NCBI GenBank assembly: GCA_008015855.1
Contig: SSGK01000012.1
Span: 1 to 34,952, forward strand
Direction: 5' to 3'
Origin: Candidatus Altimarinota bacterium
GTDB taxonomy: Bacteria; Patescibacteriota; Gracilibacteria; BD1-5; UBA2023
DNA length: 34,952 nucleotides
A program made the translations under genes and the position numbers. Position 1 is the stretch's first letter; each line of letters begins with the position of its first letter. Shown one piece after another: positions 1-11,400 of this stretch. The notes below the pieces were generated by a model. That model was not told where the DNA came from. It saw only the letters and a list, made by a program, of their open reading frames with translations, and made no database searches.

Positions 1-2085
1 AATTCAATGAGTGGTCTCTGTATTAATAATATGTGTCTTGCTGACTGGACTGATTTGAATAATGTTGTAAAAAGTCGATGAACGGCTCATTATCTTGCAA
101 AGTTTGATAGTGGTGGATATATTGGTGACTCTTCTCTTTATGAAACAGGTGCTCAATTATGGATTCAGGATATCAATGAAATTATCAATGATTGGTGAAG
201 TTCACCAGTAAATCGTGGTGCTATTACTATTGCCAACTATTCTGCCTGACCAGCAACAAGTGGAACAAATCCTCTTCTAACCCTTCGCGATAAATCAGAT
301 AATAAAACATGTTGAATTTGGCTTGGCGTTTGAAAAATCCAATCAAACTGTACTTGGGATGGTTGAGCAGCATCTACCACAACGATTCAGAATAATGTTG
401 TAAAATATGATGATACTGTTGGTACCATGACGGGATCGGCACTCTATAGTGTAGGAAATCAGATCTGAATCAACACAGCAACTCCAACCGCAGGATATGC
501 TCTTGATATATCAGGATCCACTCGAGTTACTGGTAATATCGTTGCCTGAGCTGCTAATTCATATGATCTCTGATGATCAGCTATTGCACAAAGATTCCGA
601 AATCTCTACGTAGGAACATGAATGATATATAACACAGGAATCATTGCATCTACTGCATGAACTCGTCTTCTTGTAGGTACATGAAATACAGGATCATGAG
701 CATATAAGGCTGATATATATGGCTGATATGTGAATTCATCATCTGGTTATTGTATTAATGGTAACTGTGTAGCAAGTTGGACTGGAACATCTATGGGGCC
801 ATGGACATTCAATGGAACAACGAGTGTTTATCCAAATCAGACAACTTGGAATGTTGCTCTATGAGCATCCACCGTAACAGCGGGGTATAGGCTCGATATT
901 AATGGAAACACTCGTTCTGTTGGTAATATTATAGCATCCACCAATAATACATATGATTTAGGGTCAACACTCTCATATTGGAATAATATATACGTAAGAA
1001 CAGCAAATATCTCTAGTAGTCTTTGTTTGAATGGAAACTGTATTTCAAATTGGACAGGTATATCAGCGTGACCTTGGTCAATTTCAGGATCAGTTGTTTA
1101 TAATAATACAGGAGCAAGTGTTGCTATAGGGAAAACAACAATCTGATCAGGGGTATATAAATTGGATATTGCGGGAGGATATGCAAATGTTTCAAGTGGT
1201 ATATGTATTAATAATTCATGTTTGAATTCTTGGTCAGCTATCTTAAGTGTACTTCAGGGTTCTGGAAACTATCTTCCAAAGTGGAATGCTGCAGGTACTG
1301 CCATTGTTCCATCTCGTTTAAAAGATGATGGGGTTGATATCTCTATTGCCACAGGGTCTCTTCAATATGTAAGTATTACTCCTGCAAACAGTAGTCAATA
1401 TAGTCAAGTATTGGTTTCAAGTGGGTGAATACTTAAGCAGTGACTTACTTCTCGAGAAAAGCTTCGCATATTTGCATATTCTAATTATTGACCAAATAAT
1501 GATAATTCGACTCGTCAAAGATTATGTCTCGATACATCATCGGATACTACAAATTGTCGTCCTGGATGAGTTTCTGCTATAACAAATGTACCAAATTTTA
1601 ATATCATTGATACAAAGTCTTATACTGGTTGAATAGGTGAATATATTCCTTCAAATGGTACAAGACCAGGATACTTTATATCATACTTTACATGAACATA
1701 TTTAGTGGTTACTAGTTATACATTTACTTCAAATTCAATGACTACTGCAGATCTTGGATGTAATGTTTTTCCATATTATAGCTTATATAACAATGTTGGG
1801 TCACTTCCAAATCTTGCTCGTTTTGATGCAACCATGCCAGATGCGCATTTTACGATTGATTCCTCTAGTGTTATTAGTAATGTAGTGTCTTCTACTAATC
1901 TTCCAATTCCTACACAGAAAACCACCCGTGTTTGATCTCAATTTACATCAAATGTATTTATGACTCCTGGACAAGTGCTTTTGATGACTATATGAGTTCA
2001 GTCTTGTGCTTCTCGTGCAGATAGGGATATGTCACTAGTAATTAATCTTCAAAAGAAAATGACATTAAGTGTTGCTGAGTTGTAA
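1..2085 (+). CDS. 3' part of a gene whose 5' end lies outside the window (694 codons + TAA). Repeat-rich, Cys-loop, fibre-like secreted or surface protein of unknown function. Read with UGA=Gly.
   Basis: Phase 1 is open from the window edge to TAA 2083-2085 once TGA is sense. Every standard-code break I checked is TGA (e.g. 79-81, 196-198, 1426-1428, 1933-1935). There are four copies of C-[IL]-N-[NG]-x-C-[LVI]-x-x-W-[TS] (19-51, 751-783, 1024-1056, 1204-1236). These are interleaved with recurring G-Y-x-L-D-I-x-G..G-N-I-[IV]-A..Y-D-L-G..W/F-x-N-[IL]-Y-V segments. Composition is rich in G/S/T/N. A strong hairpin follows immediately. Confidence 0.7.
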
Positions 2086-2086
2086 T

Positions 2087-2121
2087 AATAAATAAGACTT
2101 CTTAAGGAAGTCTTATTTATT
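2087..2121. terminator. Perfect 15-bp-stem hairpin right after the stop of the first CDS, between the convergent CDS and tRNA.
   Basis: aataaataagacttc (2087-2101), loop ttaag, gaagtcttatttatt (2107-2121). The arms are exact reverse complements with T-rich flanks. Confidence 0.6.
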
Positions 2122-2130
2122 ATTATTTCC

Positions 2131-2175
2131 AAAAAGTAAAAATCCTCTTTATTTTTTATGAATAGAGAGGATTTT
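2131..2175 (-). terminator. Rho-independent terminator downstream of tRNA-Lys.
   Basis: Stem aaaatcctct (2139-2148) pairs with agaggatttt (2166-2175). On the minus strand the hairpin is followed by TTTTTACTTTTT. Confidence 0.5.
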
Positions 2176-2190
2176 ATTGTATGTTATATG

Positions 2191-2266
2191 TGGTGGGATT
2201 GGCGGGGCTCGAACCCGCGACCTTGGCCTTAAAAGGGCCCTGCTCTACCAACTGAGCTACAATCCC
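2191..2266 (-). tRNA. tRNA-Lys (anticodon UUU), 76 nt, CCA encoded.
   Basis: The reverse complement folds as a cloverleaf: GGGATTG-TA-GCTC-AGTTGGTA-GAGC-A-GGGCC-CTTTTAA-GGCCA-AGGTC-GCGGG-TTCGAGC-CCCGC-CAATCCC-A-CCA. This gives a 7-bp acceptor stem, GTTCGA T-loop, U33 and anticodon TTT. The only imperfection is one G-A mismatch at the top of the anticodon stem. Confidence 0.93.
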
Positions 2267-2292
2267 ATAGGTGTTCTTTATAACGCGAGGGT

Positions 2293-2320
2293 ATCATATA
2301 AAAAAAATAGAATTTGTCGA
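2293..2320 (-). promoter_or_regulatory. Candidate sigma70-type promoter for tRNA-Lys.
   Basis: The minus strand reads TCGACA (2320-2315), a 16-nt spacer, then TATGAT (2298-2293). This lies about 27 nt upstream of the mature tRNA 5' end. Pattern match only. Confidence 0.3.
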
Positions 2321-2402
2321 ATTTTTTTTCATATTTTCCCTGTTTTTCCCTTTGAAAAAAAGAAAAAACGCGTATTATCACAGTAATGTTTTTTCTATTA
2401 TT

Positions 2403-5400
2403 ATGGTTGAATTTGCTTATTCTCGAATTCAGAAAATACTATCATGAATTCTTATGTTTTTGATAGTATTTACTCAAACCTTTCATGTTGTTTGGTTTCA
2501 ATGAGTATCAGCTTATGCTTCTGACTATCGTGATATAGTTTCGATTTTTGTCGACAAAGAAACGTATGATGAATTTTCTTCTCAAATTCGTTGATATGCT
2601 CGTAATATTCAATCCTACCTATGATCCACACGGGTGGTAATATTTCCAGTTCAAGAAACCATTTCACCCTTTGCTATTGCATCACTTAATGAGAAACTGT
2701 ATTATGAATGAGATGGGGATGGGATTTCTCGCCTGGTTGGAACGATTCTTATTTGAAACATTCCACTTCCTGTGGTTCATAGAGAAGGGAAGACTTTCGT
2801 AAGTGTTTTCCCGTATACCGATTTTACAGATAAGAGCTTTTTATTTAATTCAGAAAAAGGATATTATGAATACTCTAATCAGTATAGGGAAACTTCAGAT
2901 GCTGATATTTGGCATTGAGTTATAAATCCAAATACAGGAAATAAATCAACAGATTCAACCGCATTACAAACCTTTTTTGATAAATCCGAAGACTTTTATG
3001 CTCAATCTGGAAAATACTCTGATGCAAATACCCTCGATGATCCTTATGTATTCTATTATGATGGATACCACGAACAGCTTGCTACCAAATTGAATGGATG
3101 GAAGTCGTATGAGCTTTACATGAAGCATCAAGAGGATATTTCATATAAACGTTGGAATAAAGATCTTGCCAATCAGATTACAAAAGAACAAGGGAATGTT
3201 GGAACAGAGGAAATGTGAGATATGGTTGATGGAATTGTTTCCCAACTTGAACAAACAGCTTCTTGATCTGATCAATTAGAAAGTGCTCTTGAAATTCAAG
3301 ATGCTTTTAATAGTTGAGGTTTGATGGAAAAGCAAGAGAATCAAATGAATAATGTTCCCGACATTAAATCAAAGGAAATTATTCAAAATCTTGCCAAGCC
3401 ATTTCATGAGATTATTAATTCTCAAACCATAGGGACTGAGTTAAAAAATGTGCATAATGCAGGAAGATATACTTCTGGTACAACCGTTCGTGCCGATATA
3501 GTTCCTCTTATGGTGACAAAACAAGATGAGATAATGAATAGAATATTGAAAGATGCAAATGGAGTTTTGGAATCTTTTACTGACAATCTTGTTGTGACAT
3601 GAGGATTATCAAGAAAAATTCCTGTGCTTACTCAGATTCAATTTGATCGTCAAGAATTTACTCATTGGTTGTATGGATATCAGCCAATGGATCCGCCTTT
3701 TGTTGAATTAAAGACTACAGCAAATTATCAGTGAAATAATATTGCAAACTACCAGGGGTATTATATAGGTGCTGATCATACTGGGAGTTACATATATAAA
3801 AATTATTTTTTCTGAAAGGAGGGATCCGATATAGTTAGTACGACCGGGTGTACTATATTGCGATGAAGTTCTCGTCTCGTTGAGGCAAATAGAGCATACA
3901 ATACACTTTTAGCTTTATCTGATGTTACTTTATTGCAAGATGATACCCAAGCACTTGCATGAGTAAATGGTATTCGTGATGCCTGTTTTCAACCAAATTC
4001 AAATGGTGCTGATATACGCACAATGACATATTGGGGATGAAATACTCCTCTTAACATAGATAATGCAAAAACAGCAGAAACGGGTTATATGGAGTTATGA
4101 GATCATAGATATGATTCTTTTGTTCGTCCGATTCTTGATATTGCCTGAATGCGTCAGGTTGATTCAGGATCATCGCTCATGGATACATATCATAACTCAC
4201 CAGCACGTTGTCTTGCTCACGATGATCTTATTTTACAACCAAGGACAAAACAGATATGTAATAATTGGTTTTGGGATTCGTGATGTACTCCACCATATTG
4301 ATCAGTAGCTGATAGTTCTTGGGATGAATGGAATAAATGAAGTTCATTTAATAAAAGACTTGCAATTAATGCGGATGATCTAAGATTTTCATGTTCCTCA
4401 ACGGTTAATAAAAAGACATCAAATTCATTTGAAGAATACTACCAGACTATCCCAACAGCAACCTGTACTGTTGGGAATTTGAGGCTTGATAATAGTCTCG
4501 TGCTTTCCGGTTCAAATCCATGTATTCAATATATATACTCGGGTTCTGAAAATGGAGGGTATCAAATTATATCAACCTTTGATCCTGTTACAAAGAAGCC
4601 TATAACACCAATGGATCCACTTCTTTGAATTTTTTATGATTACTATAGGATAGATGATTCACGATATTTAAATATTGATTACAAGTCAATCCAGTCGGCA
4701 ATGTTTCATAAGTCCCCAACGGATGAAGAATTATCAGTAGCTGAAGCTACTCAAATGACACCATGACTTGCTATTGATCGCGATAGGTATGTTTCATTTA
4801 TTAGTGCTGCTTGAAATGAGCAGAAAATAGTATATCCAAACCTTTTTCGTATTGAATTGACTGACGAAGAAATTGTGGATATCGAAAAGGCAAGACTAGC
4901 AATCAAGAAGTTCTTAGATATATCAAGCACTGAGGTAAATGCCTTGATTGCAAGTGAGATTCCTCCAACCTCAGGCATTGCAAAAGATATCTATAATCTT
5001 TTTAAAAATGGCGCATATCCAACACAGAATATTGATTATTATGCTGTTCTTGAAAAAGATCCACAAGTTCTAAAAACTGTTATTCAAAACGTTATTTGGA
5101 ATAATTTGAAAAATGCGACTGCAAAGTACTCATTCATCTTTGAGCATTATATTGATGAAAAAGGGAAGGATAAAACGCTCTTGCCACTTCATAGAACGGA
5201 TTATGAAATAAGCTATATGGGATGACTTGGGAACGCTCAATGAATGAGAGTTCTCCTTGATCCAGAATGAACGGAAGAAGTAATTCCGCCATATATTGCC
5301 GATATTATGAAGGCATATGATACTGGAATTAATGCAATTGATGCTGCAAATGTTACAGAAGATACCTATAATGATAATGGAAATAAAACAGATGACCAAT

Positions 5401-8400
5401 GTGGGTCGCCTGATGGAGTAAATATTTTCTTTGAATGGTTTCCGGCTATTATATGTTGGATTCAAACACTCCTTCCTCCTAAAATTCTTGCCGGATCTTG
5501 TACACCATCTACGATTGGTCAAGATTCAAATAATGATACTACGAATCGTGTAACTCCTCCTACCATTACAGGTACATGATATCAATGAACTCTCGCTGAT
5601 TTTTTCAATGGTGGTAGTATGAAAGTAGTATTTGATAAGAATACTATTAATACAAATGATACCGTTACTATAACATCATTTTTTGAAACATCTTCTGGTT
5701 CCATCGTTGATTTTGATAATACGTATGATGTTGTTGGAACTATTACGAAGATTGAAGCGTATAAGGAAGATGGTTCTTTCGGTGTGGTATATCAGAGCGG
5801 CATGGATCAATCTATTCTCCGAAAATATGTCAGCACCGAATCGGTACTAACTTCTTGATTTACCAATGGAGAAGCTCAATTTTATATTGGAAGTCGATCA
5901 GAGGATGCAAATATCACATTTCAAACAGCAGTAAGAAGATATGATCCTGAGTGAAATCCTCTCCTTGATGTTACCAGTAGTCCAACAATATTTAAGATTC
6001 GAGCTGGTAATATTAATGTAACGGTTCAGAGTGGATCTGAAGTCGTTTCAAGTGTTCCAGTTCAATCGAATCCAAATCTTTCACTCGTTTTTGATGCAAT
6101 ATCTGCGAGCGGAGCAAGAAAAGAATCAGTATTTCCTTATACATATTCATTTATTGATGATGTTTCAGAAGAAATTATAGCAACAGGAACCGTAAGTGAA
6201 GATATTGTTCCATTTCCAACATCCATCTTTTCTCGTATTGGTGTTTATAAAATTGAGGTACAAGATGGTCGTTGAGTCTACGGTGTTTCTAGTTTTTCAG
6301 TGAATCCTTGAGAACTTCATGAGATTCGTGTAGCAGCATCTTCCAATTATCTGGTTCAATGAGAAAATACACCCGTTGTTATTCAACTCATAGATGCGTA
6401 TGGTAATCTTACTTCTGGAGAATTGTATGATCTTGAGATCTCGGTAACCAATGGGTATATAGATGATTGAGAGGGGGAAAGAGATACGGTAACTCGTTCC
6501 ATTTTAGATGGAGCACTTGTTATTAATGTTGGAACAAAAAATTCATGATCAGCAATTGTAAGTGTTCGAGAAAAAAATTCAGGAAAGACATGACAATCGA
6601 GTATACAATCTATTCCATTTGCAAAGTGAAAGATTACTCTCGGGAGTACTCCAATTGCAGGATGAACTGGTGTAACCGTAGCTATTACAGTGGTTGATCA
6701 AAATAATCAAAAAATATCATGATTTAATGGGGTAGCATTATTTGATTTCCCTGGGTCATCTGGGTTATTTTCTGGAAGTACGGTACAGATTATAAATTGA
6801 GAAGCATCTACACGATTCCTTCCTGGAACAGTGGCTTCAAGTGGTATACAGCCTCAAGTGCAAATTCCTGGAATTAAAAATATAGAAGTTCCTTCGATTG
6901 TAATTGAACCAAACGATCCAATGTATATTGAGATGCGTACCACTGGAAATGAGGCTTTTGAGGCAAAACAGTGAAATACCTATGAAGTAGTTGCATCATT
7001 ACGAGATAGATATGGAAATAAAGTAATATCTCCAAGAAATAATGCCCAGGTTTCATTCCTTATACCTGATGATTATGCTCGTTATCTCCGATTTGAAAAT
7101 GGGTCAACGGGTCAGGTTGTTCCATTATGAGCAAGCTGAACTGCTCGTGCTACTATTGTTTCGACTGGTATTCCGGGGACTTCCTATATTTTAGGTGAGG
7201 TTACTCCAGGACTTACCTCTGATATACAAGTCACTGATGGTAATGAAACAACCATTATATCGGCACTCTCAAATGCAGTGATTCGATTGCAAACCTATTA
7301 TGTCTTTAATAAAGAGAAGGTTGATAGAATTGATTATAATTCTCTCTATACGGTTCTATTATGAGCTCCCTATTGAGATACAACCATTGAACAATATCTT
7401 GGATGAGAATTGCTTTTTAGTGAATGATCTCGTTGATTGGCAGTTACAACTCTTTCCGATGATCCATATATTCGTGAGACAGTTTGATCATTTCATCCAA
7501 ATGGTGGCTTTAAATGACAACTCAGCACATCTCCTGAAGTTTCCGTAACAGCTCATACAGAGATGACGAATAATGGAATTTCCGTTGTATTCTATGATGA
7601 AACATACAAGGAAAATATTGCAAGAATTACTCCTCGTTTTCTTGGTACACCAAAAATGATTTCATGTGGATTCGCATCTGGAACAATTAAGGATGACTGT
7701 ACTCTTCCAGACGTATCGCATATAGCAATTCATTCACTTGATTCTTCTGTTGTTTCAAATGTAAATGGAAATGTGCTTACACTTTCTCAGAGTGGATCTG
7801 CGGATGTATTCCTTGCTATTGATTCTGGGGGAAGGGTAACGAAACATCCTCTTGTAAATCTTATTCTCGATGAATCTCATGAAACGAATGGTATGTATTT
7901 TCGTATTGAATTTTCATGAACACCAATAGCGGAACTTATTTATTCAACCATATGAGATGGATCTATTTATAGTCCAGATACAGGTGCTACAACCGATGGA
8001 ATTATAGTAGAAGAAACATCTTCTCGCTATACAACAAGGCATGCATTCAATGGGGCAACTACGAAAGATTCAAAGTGAGTTGAGATTTATAAAAAAGTCT
8101 CACCATTTGATAAACCAGAAATTGACGATGTTTTTTCTCGACCAGGTGCTCTTGCATGAGTTGAGCAATTTACCGGAAATGAATGACTTGGATGGAAAGG
8201 AATGAACAAGATGCTCCTCTCATTTACGTCTGGTGATACTACCGGGGAAGCTTCTAAGTTCTTTGCAAGCTATCTTACTATTAACCTCTGAGATCCAGTT
8301 GTTCATATTGATCCAAAGAAGGTTATAAAACACAACCTTGATAGAACCATTGGAAAAACCATTCTTATGGAGACACGATGAGTTATTACTGGATATAAAG

Positions 8401-11400
8401 TTTTTGATGTAAATAATGATGAATGGGAAGATATTGTGGTATTTTATAATGATGGTCATATACAGCTTATCATGAATATGTCATGAAAATGGCGTGATAT
8501 GGGATATATTGCGTATGTTTCTGATGTAAAAGATGGTTTAAAATGAGTATGAGATTTTAGTGGTGATGGATATGAAGATATCGTTGTAACTGATCAGAAA
8601 GGAAAATTGATATTGCTTGATAATCAAGAGGGGCGTTTTACGAGAAAGAGTGTGAGTTATAATGAAAATGGAGTGACACAGACTCTTTCTGGAAGGTTAA
8701 TCCAGTTAGAAGTTTTCAATATGGATAACGACAAAAATGGAGCTCATGATATTGATGATCTTGTTGTTATGACCGAAGAATGACAGATATCGATACTCTA
8801 TTGATGAATAACCGTTTGAACAAAAACATCAAAGGAGTTTACAAGAAAAATAATAGAAGAAAATTTAGGAATATCTCTTGATACTAATGTTCGACACGAT
8901 GGATGAGCTGTTTATTTTAATGAGCTTGTTATTCCTGATTCATTTAAAAACACAAATACAACAACATCTGGAACATGACTTGATACAATAACTGATGGTG
9001 CAATACTCTCCCATGTATATTATGAACGATCAGTAGACTACTATAGTGATGCAAATTTAAGTGACTATTCGTATCTTGCTTCGGATGTAAGTAGTACCGA
9101 TGGATACTGAAATCCAGTTGATATTTGATCAGATGTTGGAAATCTTTTATCATGAATACCTGATTATGCTCGCTGATCCCAATCGGGAGATGGAATGCTT
9201 TCTTCTGTATCAGGGGATTCAAATGAAAACCCTGAAAGCAGAATATATATACGATCTGAATTTTCTGAAAGTGCGAATATTCTTGTTTCAAAACGATTTG
9301 AGCCGACTGGAGATACAAACTCATTGAAATCGGACGATATCGTAAAAATGGTTGTGACTATTGAAAATCAAGGAGCAGTAAATGCAACAAACTTTGAGTA
9401 TCTCGATGATATACCTGATAATTTTATACTCAATCAAGAAAAGCCATATACATTACTCTATAATAATACTGGTTCTGAAATTTGATGAGTTTGAAGTGAT
9501 ATTGCGATTGATGATTCTTATTTTGATGTTGCTGTTCCTATTGGCTCTCTTCCTGCTGGATCAAAGGTAATGCTTACATATTATGTTAATGTCCTTCCTT
9601 TTGTCTTTGGAAAGATGATTGTAGGACTACTTGAGAAGTGAGAAGTAGGAGACGATGTTTGGGGTGATATTGCATTTGATACAAAGAATCGTTCTGAATG
9701 TGATCGTGATATTCTTATGTGGCGATCTATTGCAAATCGTGAATATGAAAAATGATCAAAGAATTTCACGGATGATACCTATTCAACGCTTGCCCCAGAA
9801 ATTCAAGATGAAATGCTTCGAAATTCAACCGATGAGAATGGGAATGGTATTCCTGATTATGTTGATGCTGGAAGAGAAGATCCAAGTACGCTGCTCGAAT
9901 ATCAAAATGATGCAAAAGAGAAATTTGATGAAGTACAGGCTCAAGAAGCAGCAATTAGTACAATATCACCATTATTGACCTATAATCCTAATACTTGAGC
10001 AAGCACTTCGTCACCATCAGGAAGTGATATAGCTCAAATTGAGCAATCTATTGATACTTTGATGCGATGAATATCATGTTGATTTGGATGAGGTGGGTGT
10101 TTAAATATGCCAGTCAATTGGGCTCCGCTTGCTCCTGGAAGTGCACCAAATGTACTTGGGTTTCCAATGGGAGATATGTCAGCTGATACGTGACTTCCTA
10201 TTTTCTCGATGCTTACTGGATTACAAATGACATGTTGATATGTTCCTTGTTGTATACCGGTTGTTTGGCCTGTGTCGCCTTTAGCGTATGTTCCTGGTCC
10301 AACATGTTGAACTCCATCTGCATGATGATATCTTGGAACTTGGTCACCGCAAAACACGCTTCGAATCTTTGTAACACCAACCCTTACTATGTGAGCAGGA
10401 GTTGCCGTTTGTTTCGGTGGTCCTGCGATGCAAGCAAATGTTACAACTCCATTGTGGCCACTCCCTCCAACGGCATGATGTGTTGTAGCTGCTGCATCTC
10501 TTCCATTTTGTAAGGAAGATGGTTCTGACGGGGATGCTGAATGAGTGAGTTGAGTAGGTACTTTTACTGATACATGGAATGCTGGAAGTCAAACAAGCTG
10601 TGATGTAGTCGCAAATCCTGCTACTTCAACGGAGAAACAGGAAGTTATTACTGAAGTGAATGAGTATATTCGTACGGGTAATAAAGATAATCTTCAGAGG
10701 TTATACGTACAAAATAGAAATAATGCCTCTTTCCTTAATCAACTTTCTTCTCGTCCATTGATCTCTATGGGAAATTCATCAAATGGAGATGTTTCCATTG
10801 ATTTAGAGATAGATCCAAAGGCTGCAAATATAGGCGATGTAGTGAAGATTAAAAATATTCGAGTTCCAGCATTTCCAGAATTTATTATGGATTGGGTAAA
10901 TAGGCAAGTAGAGGAGATTATTAATAAGCTTACAATTCTCCCAACTCTTTACATTATACTCCCTGATGTATCGAGAATGTCTCTTGATGGAAATCTTGAT
11001 GGATTTACTGATAAGATGTCCGGATTTATTAGTTGAGCTAAGAATTCTGTAGGTAGTTTTGGGGATAGATTTTCTAATTCTTTGAATGGATCAAATCGAA
11101 AATACAATAGCATAGGATGAACGGCTGTGTGACTCCGTTCTGCATATGAATTCATGAATAAACTCCCATTTATTCGTGTACGTACTGCGAATATTCCAAT
11201 CAATATTCCTTGGATTGATGGAGCTCAACTTGAAAAAGAAATCGCAAAACTTTCATCTCAAATTGATGCGTATAAAAAAGAAATAGATTCTAAAACAAAA
11301 TCTTGGGAATGAATTGGTGCTGATAATCTTCGTGCTGGAACGAGTAAATTTATCTCGTCTCTTGAAAAAAATCTTCGTACACTTGAGGATTACAAGAAAT

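Noticed and set aside
2087-2402. tRNA-Lys as an integration site of a mobile or genomic island carrying the giant surface genes.
   Set aside because: No integrase, transposase or direct repeat of the tRNA 3' end is visible in the window. The flanking genes have the same composition and the same UGA-Gly usage as the housekeeping genes.
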